Assembly: GCA_964424335.1 (NCBI GenBank)
Contig: CAYRIY010000004.1
Span: 9,068 to 73,067, forward strand
Direction: 5' to 3'
Length of the DNA stretch: 64,000 bases
DNA from: an uncultured Clostridia bacterium
Lineage (GTDB): Bacteria; Bacillota; Limnochordia; DTU080; RSA5
A program made the position numbers and the translations under genes. Shown piece after piece: positions 1 through 9,671 of the stretch. The notes under the pieces were generated by a model, which saw nothing but the letters and a program-made list of their open reading frames with translations, searched no databases and was not told the origin of the DNA. How positions within the stretch are numbered: position 1 is the first letter of the stretch; the number at the start of each line of letters is the position of its first letter.

Positions 1-441
1 CTGATCGTAGCGATCGATCAGGCGACGAAAGCCTTTGTCCGCCAGGCGCTTTCGCCCGGCGATTCCTTTCCTGTCATTGCAAACATCCTCCATTTGACAT
101 ACGTCCGCAATCCGGGCGCCGCGTTCGGCATCCTACAGGGCAAGCTCGGGCTCTTGATCGCAGCCTCGATCATCATGGTCGCGGTCGTTCTGTTTTACAC
201 GCGCAGCATTGCCCGCTCCGAGCCTTGGCTGGGATTAGGGTACAGCCTTGCATTAGGCGGAGCGGTGGGCAACCTCATCGACCGCATCCGCTATGGTTGG
301 GTCACGGATTTCGTGGACTTTCGCGTCTGGCCCGTCTTTAACGTGGCAGACACGGCGATCTTCCTCGGCGTTTGCATCTTGCTTTGGCGCACCGTGATCC
401 TCTCGCCCAAGACGTTCAAGGAAGGGGAGGAAGGAGCGTGA
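1..441 (+). CDS. lspA: Lipoprotein signal peptidase II (LspA), 5'-truncated at the window edge
   Basis: Frame 1 is open from nt 1 (LIVAIDQATKAFV...NPGAAFGILQGK...FNVADTAIFLG) to the stop at 439-441. The conserved LspA C-terminal motifs NxGAAFG and FNVAD are present. Confidence 0.8.
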   Translation: MIVAIDQATKAFVRQALSPGDSFPVIANILHLTYVRNPGAAFGILQGKLGLLIAASIIMVAVVLFYTRSIARSEPWLGLGYSLALGGAVGNLIDRIRYGWVTDFVDFRVWPVFNVADTAIFLGVCILLWRTVILSPKTFKEGEEGA

Positions 442-1370
442 GGCCGGTTGCGGCCTCACATTCCCTAACCGTCGACTCGGCGGGTGCAGGCTTGCGTTTG
501 GACGTATTCTTGGCCCAGCAGGAAGGTATACGATCAAGAGCCGAGGCGCGGCGTTTGATCGATGCGATGTGCGTGCAAATCAACGGCACGCGCCCTCAAA
601 AGGCCGGTCAACGGCTGGTCGAAGGCGATCGCGTCGACGTGTCGATCCCTGTCGCGGAACCGACCGATCTGGCGCCGGAACCAATCCCTCTGGACGTGCT
701 TTTCGAAGACGAGTGGGTGCTCGTCATCAACAAACCCAAAGGCCTCGTGGTGCATCCCGCCCCCGGACACCAGACAGGCACGCTGGTGCATGCGCTCATC
801 CACCACCTTCCCGAGCTGCCGGTGATTGGCGGCGCCGAGCGTCCTGGCATCGTCCATCGCCTCGACAAAGACACCACGGGCGCATTGGTCGTCGCGAAGA
901 CCGAAGAGGCCCACGTCAAGCTGGCTGCCGATTTGAAAGCGCGGCGCATCAAGCGCGTCTACATCGCTTTGGTCCACGGAAACGTCCGATCTGATGCGGG
1001 CTCTATTGACGCGCCCATCGGGCGTCACCCCACAAATCGAAAGCGGATGGCCGTGGTTCCCGGTCGAGGAAGGCCGGCGGTCACGCACTTTGAGACGCTC
1101 GAGCGCTTTGGGCGGTACACGCTTCTTCAACTCAGGCTCGAGACGGGGCGCACCCACCAAATTCGGGTCCATTTGGCGCACATCGGCCACCCTGTGGTCG
1201 GCGACACGGTCTACGGGCCGAACAAGCCTCATCTCGTCGACGACGGACAGGCTTTGCACGCGGTAGAGATTGCGTTTTTTCACCCGATTACAGGCGAACT
1301 GATCAACGTCCGGGCTCCGATTCCCGAGGGCCTGCAACGTGTTTTGAGCAAACTTCGTCTTGACGGTTGA
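438..1370 (+). CDS. rluD: RluA/RluD-family 23S rRNA pseudouridine synthase
   Basis: The GTG at 438 overlaps the lspA stop (GTGA) and is preceded by GGAGGAAGGAG. The protein has an S4-like N-terminus (LRLDVFLAQQ) and the catalytic motif HRLDKDTTGALVVAKT, ending ...YGP...LHA. Confidence 0.8.
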   Translation: MRPVAASHSLTVDSAGAGLRLDVFLAQQEGIRSRAEARRLIDAMCVQINGTRPQKAGQRLVEGDRVDVSIPVAEPTDLAPEPIPLDVLFEDEWVLVINKPKGLVVHPAPGHQTGTLVHALIHHLPELPVIGGAERPGIVHRLDKDTTGALVVAKTEEAHVKLAADLKARRIKRVYIALVHGNVRSDAGSIDAPIGRHPTNRKRMAVVPGRGRPAVTHFETLERFGRYTLLQLRLETGRTHQIRVHLAHIGHPVVGDTVYGPNKPHLVDDGQALHAVEIAFFHPITGELINVRAPIPEGLQRVLSKLRLDG

Positions 1371-1412
1371 AAGCGCGTGCATGTAAGATGAGACAAATAG
1401 CACGTTCCTTTA

Positions 1413-1432
1413 AACAGGTCCCGTGAGGCCGG
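1413..1432 (+). promoter_or_regulatory. Candidate PyrR-binding loop in the pyr leader (aCAGGTCCCGTGAGGCCgg; matches the UCCNGNGAGG core)
   Basis: The motif lies about 200 nt upstream of pyrR and is followed by an intrinsic terminator, giving a classic attenuator layout. Confidence 0.5.
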
Positions 1433-1524
1433 TAAGGAATGCCAAAATTGACGTTCGCCGAGGTGTGCGCGCCGTACGTGCGCTTATCTAAAGGGAACAG
1501 TCAAATTTAGCATGGTCAATTTGA

Positions 1525-1552
1525 CTCCTGCCGGTCGGGCAGGAGTTTTTTT
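1525..1552 (+). terminator. Intrinsic terminator / pyr attenuator hairpin (CTCCTGCCGGTCGGGCAGGAG followed by TTTTTTT)
   Basis: A perfect GC-rich stem-loop followed by a 7-T run, 60 nt upstream of the pyrR start. Confidence 0.6.
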
Positions 1553-1579
1553 GTGCGCTCGTTTTTGGCTTAAAGCTAG

Positions 1580-2143
<564 letters not shown>

Positions 2144-2191
2144 TCGTGGGGACACAAGCTAGGCGGATTCTTATTAGGGGAGGCGTCGTGC

Positions 2192-3136
2192 GTGATGTTG
2201 CGCCAAAAGGACTTGTTGGGATTGCGGTCGCTTTCCAAAGCCGAGATCGAGCTCGTCTTGGACACGGCAAAGCCGTGTAAGCAGATCTTCGAACGGCCGG
2301 TCAAGAAGTTTCCCACCTTGCGGGGAAAGGTAGTGGTCAACCTCTTTTACGAGGCGAGCACCCGCACGCGAACCTCCTTTGAGTTGGCGGGGAAGTGGAT
2401 GAGCGCCGACGTGATCAACATCAGCGCTTCGTCGAGCAGCGTCGTCAAGGGCGAGAGCCTTGCAGACACCGCCAAAACGCTGGAGGCCCTGGGGGCGGAT
2501 ATCGTGGTGATGCGCCACAGCGCTTCCGGTTCGGCACATTTGCTGGCGCGCTCGATCAAGTCCCGCGTCATCAACGCCGGGGACGGCCGGCATGAGCATC
2601 CTACTCAAGGGCTCCTCGACCTCTTTACGATCCAGGAGCGCAAAGGGCGAATCGAAGGACTCACCGTGACGATCATCGGGGACATTCTCCACAGCCGTGT
2701 CGCACGTTCCGATATTTGGGGGCTCCTAAAGCTCGGTGCGACCGTCCGCGTCGCGGGCCCGCCCACACTTTTGCCCCCGGGGCTCGCAGATTGGGGCATC
2801 GAGATCTACCACGACGTCGACCGGGCGATCGATGGCGCCGACGTCATCAACGTGCTCCGGATCCAAATGGAGCGGCAGGCGAGCGGACTCTTCCCGTCGC
2901 TGCGCGAGTACTCGGCCCTGTACGGGATCACGAAGGAGCGACTCCGCAACGCAAAAGACGACGTGATGATCATGCACCCCGGGCCGGCAAACCTCGGTGT
3001 CGAAATTACGCAAGAGGTCGTAGACGATCCTCGCTCTGTCGTCAGGGACCAGGTGTCGAACGGAGTCGCGGTGCGCATGGCATTGCTCTACCTGATGTCG
3101 GGAGGGGATGTGAGTGAGCTTGAAAACGCTGATTAA
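2192..3136 (+). CDS. pyrB: Aspartate carbamoyltransferase catalytic subunit
   Basis: Carries the STRTR motif ([15 protein letters not shown]), HPTQ and HPGP motifs. Confidence 0.9.
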   Translation: MMLRQKDLLGLRSLSKAEIELVLDTAKPCKQIFERPVKKFPTLRGKVVVNLFYEASTRTRTSFELAGKWMSADVINISASSSSVVKGESLADTAKTLEALGADIVVMRHSASGSAHLLARSIKSRVINAGDGRHEHPTQGLLDLFTIQERKGRIEGLTVTIIGDILHSRVARSDIWGLLKLGATVRVAGPPTLLPPGLADWGIEIYHDVDRAIDGADVINVLRIQMERQASGLFPSLREYSALYGITKERLRNAKDDVMIMHPGPANLGVEITQEVVDDPRSVVRDQVSNGVAVRMALLYLMSGGDVSELENAD

Positions 3137-4406
3137 AGGCGTATCGCTCTGGTCTTCGGCCGGATTTATCCACGAGCAGGACGTGTTGATCGGGGACGGA
3201 CGACTTCTCCGGATCGGACGGGGTTTAGCGGAGACAAACGCCGTGACGATCGACGGCCGGGGCTGGGTTGGGCTTCCCGGTCTTGTCGACCTCCACAGCC
3301 ATTTGGGGGAACCGGGGCGGGAGGACCGAGAGACGCTCGAGTCGGGTCTGCTCGCCGCGGCATGGGGCGGATTCACCGCCGTGCTCGGGATGCCCGACAC
3401 GGATCCGGCGCTCGACAGTGAGACGGGAATCGGGTACGTCCTGCGGCGGGGCGACCTGATACGCGGCGCTCGCATTTTGGTATGCGCTGCCGCGACAAAG
3501 GGGCGAAACGGAAAGGAACTCGCTGAGCTCGGCAGGTTGCAAGGCGCAGGCGCGGCCGCGGCAGGCGACGCGAAACCGATCCGTGACGCATCGATCGTCA
3601 GGCGAATCCTCGAGTACACAAGGATGCTCGACATCCCGGTTTTGATCGAAGCTAGAGACGAAGGACTCTCGAGCGGCGGCGTGGCGCACGAAGGCATACA
3701 AGGCGGATGGCTCGGCCTTTCCGGGATTCCTGCCTCGGCCGAGTGGATTGCGCTCGCGCGCGACTTGCTGCTTGCCGAAGAAGCGGGCGGACGCATTCAC
3801 GTACAGGGCGTGAGCACCGGGCGCTCGCTTGCGCTGATTCGTGAGGCGAAGTCCCGAGGCGTGCGCGTGAGCGCAGAGTGCAGTTTCCACCACTTGATCC
3901 TGGATGACGGGGCCTTGGCGGATTACGACACCGCCAAAAAGTTGATGCCTCCTTTGCGGCCAAGGCGCGATGTCGAAGCGCTCATCGAAGGCGTCAAAGA
4001 GGGCGTCATTGACTGCGTCGTCACGGACCACACGCCGATCACTCCGGAGGAGAAAGACGTCGAATTTGACTATGCTCCCTTTGGCGCGGCCGGATACGAG
4101 GCGGCCTTGGTCGCGCTCCACACCCATCTGGTGCGTCCCGGGCTGTTGTCATGGAGTGAACTGGCGAACGCAACGAGCCTCAGGCCGAGAGCGGCGCTTG
4201 GGATCGAGCAGCCGCAGTTTGTCGAGGGCGAGCGGTGCGACATGGTCTTGTTCAATCCGGAGCCCGAGTACACCCTTGACGCGGCAACGTGGAAGTCAAA
4301 AGCTCGCAACACGCCTTTCGACGGAACGCGGGTCGTTGGTCGTGTCGAAGGCGTATTCCTAGGCGATCAGGTATTCGGTCCCCTTGAGACAGAGGTGGAA
4401 GCGTGA
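3114..4406 (+). CDS. pyrC: Dihydroorotase
   Basis: Contains [13 protein letters not shown] (HxH metal site) and the DHOase-like ...VVTDHTP. It overlaps the pyrB end. Confidence 0.85.
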   Translation: MSLKTLIKGVSLWSSAGFIHEQDVLIGDGRLLRIGRGLAETNAVTIDGRGWVGLPGLVDLHSHLGEPGREDRETLESGLLAAAWGGFTAVLGMPDTDPALDSETGIGYVLRRGDLIRGARILVCAAATKGRNGKELAELGRLQGAGAAAAGDAKPIRDASIVRRILEYTRMLDIPVLIEARDEGLSSGGVAHEGIQGGWLGLSGIPASAEWIALARDLLLAEEAGGRIHVQGVSTGRSLALIREAKSRGVRVSAECSFHHLILDDGALADYDTAKKLMPPLRPRRDVEALIEGVKEGVIDCVVTDHTPITPEEKDVEFDYAPFGAAGYEAALVALHTHLVRPGLLSWSELANATSLRPRAALGIEQPQFVEGERCDMVLFNPEPEYTLDAATWKSKARNTPFDGTRVVGRVEGVFLGDQVFGPLETEVEA

Positions 4407-5428
4407 ACTTTTCGGACAGGCTGTTTGGAGCATGCCGGGAAAAGGGCAGCGCGGTCGTCGTTGGCATCGATCCGGACCCACTCTTAATCCCCCGATCGTA
4501 TTTTCCCGACCCGTTTCCTGAGATAAATCGTCGAGAGGCATTGGCACGCGGCGTTGTGGATTTCGCGGGGGACGTCATCCATGCGGTGCATGATGTCGCC
4601 GTGGCGATCAAGCCGCAACTCGCGCACTTCGAGCGGCTGGGCGCCCCCGGAATTGCGGCCTTTGAGCAAGTCGTGCAGCTCGGACGCGAAGCAGGCTTGT
4701 TGGTGATTGCGGACGGCAAGCGCAACGATATCGGGTCCACCGCCGAGATGTATGCCGCAGCTTATTTGGGCGCAAGGCGCCTCCAGCGCAAGATCCGATC
4801 AGAGGCGGCCGACTCCTTTGAATCGCTGCTCGCAGGCGCCGAGGCCGAGGGGCCCAAGGCGGACGCGCTGACGGTCAACCCATACCTCGGCTGGGATGGC
4901 ATCGAGCCGTTTCTTGACCGAGGCGAAGGCGCCACAGGCCTGTTTGTCCTCGTGAAGACGTCAAACCCGTCCTCCGGAGAGCTACAGGACCTCGAGGTGA
5001 TCGGGGATCGCGATGGTCGAGGCGCATCGCCGGAAGTTGCTTTGATCGGGGGATCCGATGGCCCGTACTCGGTTGCGGACGTGGTGGCCGCCTCCCTCGA
5101 GCGGGCGAGCGCGGCGCGCCAAGGAGCGCTCGGGTACGGCCCCGTGGGCGCCGTCGTGGGAGCGACGTACCCTGCAGAACTCGAGCGCCTCCGCCGCCTT
5201 ATGCCGCACGTGCCGATCCTCATTCCGGGGTTTGGCGCTCAAGGCGGGACGGCAGACGATGTGGCGCTCGGGTTTGACTCAAATGGCCTCGGCGCGGTCG
5301 TCAACGCATCGCGCAGCATCTTGTACGCCTATCGGGCAGGCGGGACAGTGGCAGAGGCCTCGCGGCGCGCAGCGGTGGAGATGCGCGACGCGCTGAGCGC
5401 GGCAATCGACCGCAGGCGGCCGGTGTAG
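4403..5428 (+). CDS. pyrF: Orotidine-5'-phosphate decarboxylase, long (type 2) form
   Basis: VVVGIDPD...IKPQLAHFE...VIADGKRNDIGST matches type-2 OMPdecase motifs. The gene overlaps the pyrC stop. Confidence 0.75.
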   Translation: MNFSDRLFGACREKGSAVVVGIDPDPLLIPRSYFPDPFPEINRREALARGVVDFAGDVIHAVHDVAVAIKPQLAHFERLGAPGIAAFEQVVQLGREAGLLVIADGKRNDIGSTAEMYAAAYLGARRLQRKIRSEAADSFESLLAGAEAEGPKADALTVNPYLGWDGIEPFLDRGEGATGLFVLVKTSNPSSGELQDLEVIGDRDGRGASPEVALIGGSDGPYSVADVVAASLERASAARQGALGYGPVGAVVGATYPAELERLRRLMPHVPILIPGFGAQGGTADDVALGFDSNGLGAVVNASRSILYAYRAGGTVAEASRRAAVEMRDALSAAIDRRRPV

Positions 5429-5529
5429 CAATTCGATTTGGCAACAGGCGCGTGGAGTTAGTCCACGTCGGTTACTTTGTGAACAGCGATCGTGAGATCA
5501 TGGCTTTTTTAGAAAACGAGGTGGCGTGT

Positions 5530-6621
5530 GTGAGCAAACAGGTGCGGGCCGTGTTGGCGCTCGAGGACGGAGCCTATTTCGAAGGGCGTTCGGTCGGAGC
5601 GGAAGGGCGCGTCTTTGGCGAGGTCGTTTTCAACACGAGCATGACCGGTTATCAAGAGGTCTTGACTGACCCCTCATACCGAGGGGAGATCGTCGCGATG
5701 ACGTACCCGCTTATCGGAAACTACGGCGTCAACGATGAGGACATCGAGTCGGCCCGCCCCCACGCCCGAGGGTTTGTCGTCCGAGAGCTCGCTGGCAACC
5801 CCAGCAACTGGCGCTCCAAGTTTCGCTTGGCTGACTTTTTAAAGCAGCACGGCGTCGTGGGAATCGAAGGCGTCGACACGCGCGCGCTGACGCGGCGCAT
5901 CCGCGAGCAAGGCGCGATGCGGGGCGTGATCGCATCCGGCGACGTCGATCCGAACGAACTCGTTCACGCCGCACGCAGCGCGCCCGACCTTTCGAGCCAA
6001 GACTTGGTCAGCGAGGTGAGTGTAAAGGAGCCTTACGTCTACGCTGATCTCGCCGGGCCGAGCGTCACTGTCGTGGACTTTGGCACAAAGCTGAACATCC
6101 TGCGCTCGCTAAAAAATAGAGGATGCCGCGTGACCGTGGTGCCGGCCAAGAGCACCGCGGCCCAGGTCATGGCAACGCGGCCGGACGGCGTCATCTTGTC
6201 GAACGGCCCGGGCGACCCGATCGGGGTGCCGTACGCCGTCGATACGGTCAAGGATCTGCTCGGCCATGTGAGCATCTTTGGCATTTGCTTTGGGCATCAG
6301 ATCCTCGGTCTTGCTCTCGGAGGCTCCAGGTTCAAGATGAAATACGGGCATCGCGGCGGAAACCATCCCGTAAAAGAGCTTGCGACGGGACGTGTGTACA
6401 TTACGTCGCAAAACCATGGATTTGCGATCGAAGATGGGAGCTTTAGCGATCCGAACGTCGTGGTCACGCACAAGAACGTCAACGATCAGACCGTCGAAGG
6501 CCTTGCGCACCGAAGCGTGCCGGCGTTTTCCGTTCAATATCACCCTGAGGCGTCGCCCGGTCCCAACGACTCGGGGTACCTCTTCGATCGGTTCATCGAA
6601 GGACTCACGCGCCCGGCGTAG
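5530..6621 (+). CDS. carA: Carbamoyl-phosphate synthase small (glutaminase) subunit
   Basis: A GTG start preceded by GAGGTGG gives VSKQVRAVLALEDGAYFEG, a typical CarA N-terminus. The protein has MTGYQEVLTDPSY and the catalytic GICFGHQ. The gene runs directly into pyrK with no carB. Confidence 0.85.
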   Translation: MSKQVRAVLALEDGAYFEGRSVGAEGRVFGEVVFNTSMTGYQEVLTDPSYRGEIVAMTYPLIGNYGVNDEDIESARPHARGFVVRELAGNPSNWRSKFRLADFLKQHGVVGIEGVDTRALTRRIREQGAMRGVIASGDVDPNELVHAARSAPDLSSQDLVSEVSVKEPYVYADLAGPSVTVVDFGTKLNILRSLKNRGCRVTVVPAKSTAAQVMATRPDGVILSNGPGDPIGVPYAVDTVKDLLGHVSIFGICFGHQILGLALGGSRFKMKYGHRGGNHPVKELATGRVYITSQNHGFAIEDGSFSDPNVVVTHKNVNDQTVEGLAHRSVPAFSVQYHPEASPGPNDSGYLFDRFIEGLTRPA

Positions 6622-6631
6622 GGGCGGCTAG

Positions 6632-7465
6632 GTGGTGCAAAAGCGATTGCCTGAAGTGATTCGATTACCTGTGTTGGACCACCGCGAAGTGGCAGAGGGC
6701 CATTGGGAGCTCATCCTTCCCCTCGAAGGGGGACTCGCCGACGTCGTACCCGGGCAGTTCGTCAACGTCCTCTGCCGGGACATCGCAGCTTACGACCCCC
6801 TGCTCAGACGGCCCTTCAGCGTTTACTGGGCGAACGGCGATAGGTTTGGTGTGATGTACCGAGTGGTTGGCCGGGGGACGCGCCTGCTTTCTCGCCTCAA
6901 GGCTGGCGATACGGTCGACTTGGTAGGACCGCTCGGCCGTGGATTCGATTGGCTGCCGTTTAAGGATCGCCAAGGTGGTAGGCTCGTCCTCGTCGGAGGC
7001 GGGGTAGGCGTACCGCCGATCTACTTCCTGTCCGAGCGGCTCAAGGCAGATGGCTTGAGCCATACGGCGCTCGTTGGATTTGCGGGCGCTAAGCAGATTG
7101 TGGCCGTCGATCGGTGGCGCGCTGGAGGCGTCGAGCCCCGCATCGCCACGGTCGACGGCTCCGTCGGTCACCCTGGTTTCGTCACGGACCTCCTGCAGGC
7201 GGCGCTCGAGCAGCGGGACTTCGGCGCCCCGGTTATGGGCGTGTTTGCATGCGGCCCTGCTGCGATGCTTGCCGCCGTTTCCGAAATCTGCAAACGCCAC
7301 GAGGTGCCCTGTCAGGTCGCGCTGGAAGAATGGATGGGATGCGGCCTCGGGGTTTGTCTGAGCTGCGTTTGCAAAGTCCAAGGAGAAACTGGCGAGCCCG
7401 AGTGGGCTAGAGTGTGCCGAGAGGGGCCGGTCTTTGACGGCGCGAAGGTGGTGTGGGGCGGATGA
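6632..7465 (+). CDS. pyrK: Dihydroorotate dehydrogenase electron-transfer subunit (PyrK)
   Basis: FNR-like fold with a C-terminal Fe-S motif CGLGVCLSCVC. Confidence 0.85.
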   Translation: MVQKRLPEVIRLPVLDHREVAEGHWELILPLEGGLADVVPGQFVNVLCRDIAAYDPLLRRPFSVYWANGDRFGVMYRVVGRGTRLLSRLKAGDTVDLVGPLGRGFDWLPFKDRQGGRLVLVGGGVGVPPIYFLSERLKADGLSHTALVGFAGAKQIVAVDRWRAGGVEPRIATVDGSVGHPGFVTDLLQAALEQRDFGAPVMGVFACGPAAMLAAVSEICKRHEVPCQVALEEWMGCGLGVCLSCVCKVQGETGEPEWARVCREGPVFDGAKVVWGG

Positions 7466-8403
7466 ACAAACAAGCGCAATTGCCCAAACCCGATTGCGAC
7501 CTTTCGGTGCAAATCGGCGACGTCGTATTCAAGAATCCGGTCATGGTCGCATCGGGAACGTTTGGCTACGGCGCCGAGTACGCGGAACTTTTCGACCTCG
7601 AACTCCTCGGGGCCGTCATGGTGAAAGGCGTATCGCTCGAGCCGTGGACCGGCAATCCGCTTCCTCGCATCGTCGAGACGCCGGCCGGGATGTTGAATGC
7701 GATCGGATTGCAAAATCCGGGGGTCGAGGCGTACGTCGAGCGTTACCTCCCGGCCTTGCGCGGCCGCGAGGTGCGCGTCATCGTCAACGTAATCGGAAAG
7801 ACCGTCGACGAGTACGTCGGCGTCGTCCGGCGACTGGAAGAGGTCGAAGGAGCCGACGCGTACGAGCTCAACATCTCATGCCCCAACATCAAAGAGGGAG
7901 GCATCGCGTTCGGAGTCGACCCCAAGATGGCCGCGGAGGTTGTAGGCGCCGTGCGCAAAGTTACGACTCGGCCGGTCATTCCAAAACTCTCACCAAACGT
8001 AACCGACATCAAAGTGATGGCGAAAGCGTGCGAAGACGCAGGGGCCGACGCGGTATCCGCCGTGAACACGTTTTTAGGCATGGCGATCGATGTGCGCTCC
8101 GAGCGGCCGGTGCTTGCCAACGTCGTCGGCGGGCTTTCCGGGCCGGCAATCAGGCCTTTGGCGGTGCGAATGGTTTGGGATGTGTACGAGGCGGTCGACA
8201 TTCCGATCATCGGCATGGGTGGCATCGCGAGCCTAGAAGACGCCATCGAATTCACGCTCGCCGGCGCTTCGGCGTTCGCCGTCGGCACCGCAAACTTCAC
8301 GAGTCCCACGCTGAGCGCGGAGATTGCCGAGAGCCTTCCCCAACTGTTGAGAGAGAAGGGCGTGTCTCGATTTGGCGATCTTGTCGGGCGCGCCCACGCT
8401 TGA
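7453..8403 (+). CDS. pyrD: Dihydroorotate dehydrogenase catalytic subunit (class 1B)
   Basis: NPVMVASGTFGYG...NISCPN...GGI TIM-barrel DHODH motifs. Confidence 0.9.
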   Translation: MGRMNKQAQLPKPDCDLSVQIGDVVFKNPVMVASGTFGYGAEYAELFDLELLGAVMVKGVSLEPWTGNPLPRIVETPAGMLNAIGLQNPGVEAYVERYLPALRGREVRVIVNVIGKTVDEYVGVVRRLEEVEGADAYELNISCPNIKEGGIAFGVDPKMAAEVVGAVRKVTTRPVIPKLSPNVTDIKVMAKACEDAGADAVSAVNTFLGMAIDVRSERPVLANVVGGLSGPAIRPLAVRMVWDVYEAVDIPIIGMGGIASLEDAIEFTLAGASAFAVGTANFTSPTLSAEIAESLPQLLREKGVSRFGDLVGRAHA

Positions 8404-8449
8404 ACGCCCTGGAGATTTGTGCGTTTTTGAAACTGGAAGAGGGGAATGA

Positions 8450-9034
8450 TTGAGCGTGAATCAAGAGGAAGTCGCAAGGCTGTTCGAAGAGTCCGACGCC
8501 CTCCTTCGAGGCCATTTCTTGCTTACATCCGGCCTTCATTCGGACAAGTACTTCGAGAAGTTCGCCGTGCTGCAACGGCCTGAGAAGACCGAACTCCTGT
8601 GCAAAGAGATTGCCAGACGATTTGAGCAGGACGGGGTGGAAGTCGTGATCGGGCCCGCCGTCGGTGGAATCTTGCTTGCGCACGAAGTGGCTAAGGCCTT
8701 GAAGACACGGGCCCATTTCACCGAACGAGAAGGCGGGCGCATGGCGCTTAGGCGCGGCTTTACGGTGGCGCCGGGTGAGCGGGTGCTCGTGGTCGAAGAT
8801 GTGACGACGACCGGGGGATCCGTCAGGGAAGTCCTCGACTGCGTGCGCTCGAGCGGAGGAGACGTAATCGGGGTGGGCCTTTTGGTTGATCGTAGCGAGC
8901 AGGGGATGGATTTTGGCGTCAAGACCGAGGCTCTGCTCAGGATGCCCGTTTCCGCCTATCCTCCCGCCGAGTGCCCTCTATGCAGGGACGCAGTCCCACT
9001 CACTGCCCGCGGCAGTCGCCACACGGCGAGTTGA
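8450..9034 (+). CDS. pyrE: Orotate phosphoribosyltransferase
   Basis: LLTSGLHSDKYFEK...VLVVEDVTTTGGS PRTase motif. Confidence 0.85.
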   Translation: MSVNQEEVARLFEESDALLRGHFLLTSGLHSDKYFEKFAVLQRPEKTELLCKEIARRFEQDGVEVVIGPAVGGILLAHEVAKALKTRAHFTEREGGRMALRRGFTVAPGERVLVVEDVTTTGGSVREVLDCVRSSGGDVIGVGLLVDRSEQGMDFGVKTEALLRMPVSAYPPAECPLCRDAVPLTARGSRHTAS

Positions 9035-9143
9035 TCGATCGGGCGCTGATCATACGAGTCGATAGGGTCGCCTTCTGACTTGGCCGGGCCGACGAGCTCG
9101 GGCGGCCAAGGGGGGCACACGCCAAAAAAAGGAGAATCCGAGC

Positions 9144-9668
9144 ATGTCCGAATCGACCGAGCCTCGCCCCACGATCGGGGTCGTTCTTGGCAGCAAATCC
9201 GATCTTCCCGTCGTCGCCAAAGGCCTCGAGATCTTCGATGAGCTTCGCATCTCGTACGAAGTTCGCATTCTTTCCGCACACCGCACGCCCGACGAGGCGG
9301 TCGCGTACGCGAGGAGCGCAGCCGATCGCGGGTTGCACGCGATCGTTGCCGCTGCCGGCCGCGCCGCGCACCTGCCCGGCGTGCTGGCAAGCCACACTTT
9401 GGTGCCCGTGATCGGCGTGCCGATCGGCGGGGGGCCACTTGCCGGCGTCGACGCCTTGTACTCGATCGTGCAAATGCCAAGCGGCGTGCCGGTCGCTTCG
9501 ATGGGCATCGACGGCGCCGCCAATGCCGCGCTGTACGCGGCCCAAATCCTCGGTCTGCACGATGCGGCCGTACGGGAGCGCCTTGCGGCCTGGCGGCAGG
9601 GGCGGGCGGAAGTTTCGCTCAACGACGACGCCAAGGCGCGCGATCATGGCTGGCGTTCACTGCTTTAA
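9144..9668 (+). CDS. purE: N5-carboxyaminoimidazole ribonucleotide mutase / AIR carboxylase catalytic subunit
   Basis: PTIGVVLGSKSDLPV...VIGVPIGGGPLAGVDALYSIVQMPSGVPVASMGIDGAANAA matches PurE. It is preceded by the RBS AAAGGAGAA. Confidence 0.9.
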   Translation: MSESTEPRPTIGVVLGSKSDLPVVAKGLEIFDELRISYEVRILSAHRTPDEAVAYARSAADRGLHAIVAAAGRAAHLPGVLASHTLVPVIGVPIGGGPLAGVDALYSIVQMPSGVPVASMGIDGAANAALYAAQILGLHDAAVRERLAAWRQGRAEVSLNDDAKARDHGWRSLL

Positions 9669-9671
9669 AGG

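Noticed and set aside
534-1403. 289-aa minus-strand ORF antisense to rluD. Similar long antisense ORFs occur throughout, for example 2726..3796, 3225..4127, 24638..25945, 26316..27578, 40334..41512, 44863..45960, 51610..52800
   Set aside because: They overlap well-supported genes on the opposite strand that show clear conserved motifs. Their translations are Arg/Pro/Ala-rich and of low complexity, typical of antisense frames in ~65% GC DNA.
7434-8453. 339-aa plus-strand ORF (very Arg-rich) co-directional with pyrD in another frame
   Set aside because: The pyrD frame carries the DHODH motifs. This frame is an RRRxRR low-complexity artefact.
9035-9143. Possible purine riboswitch or terminator between pyrE and purE
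   Set aside because: No purine-aptamer consensus was found, and the only palindrome (CGAGCTCG) has no loop.
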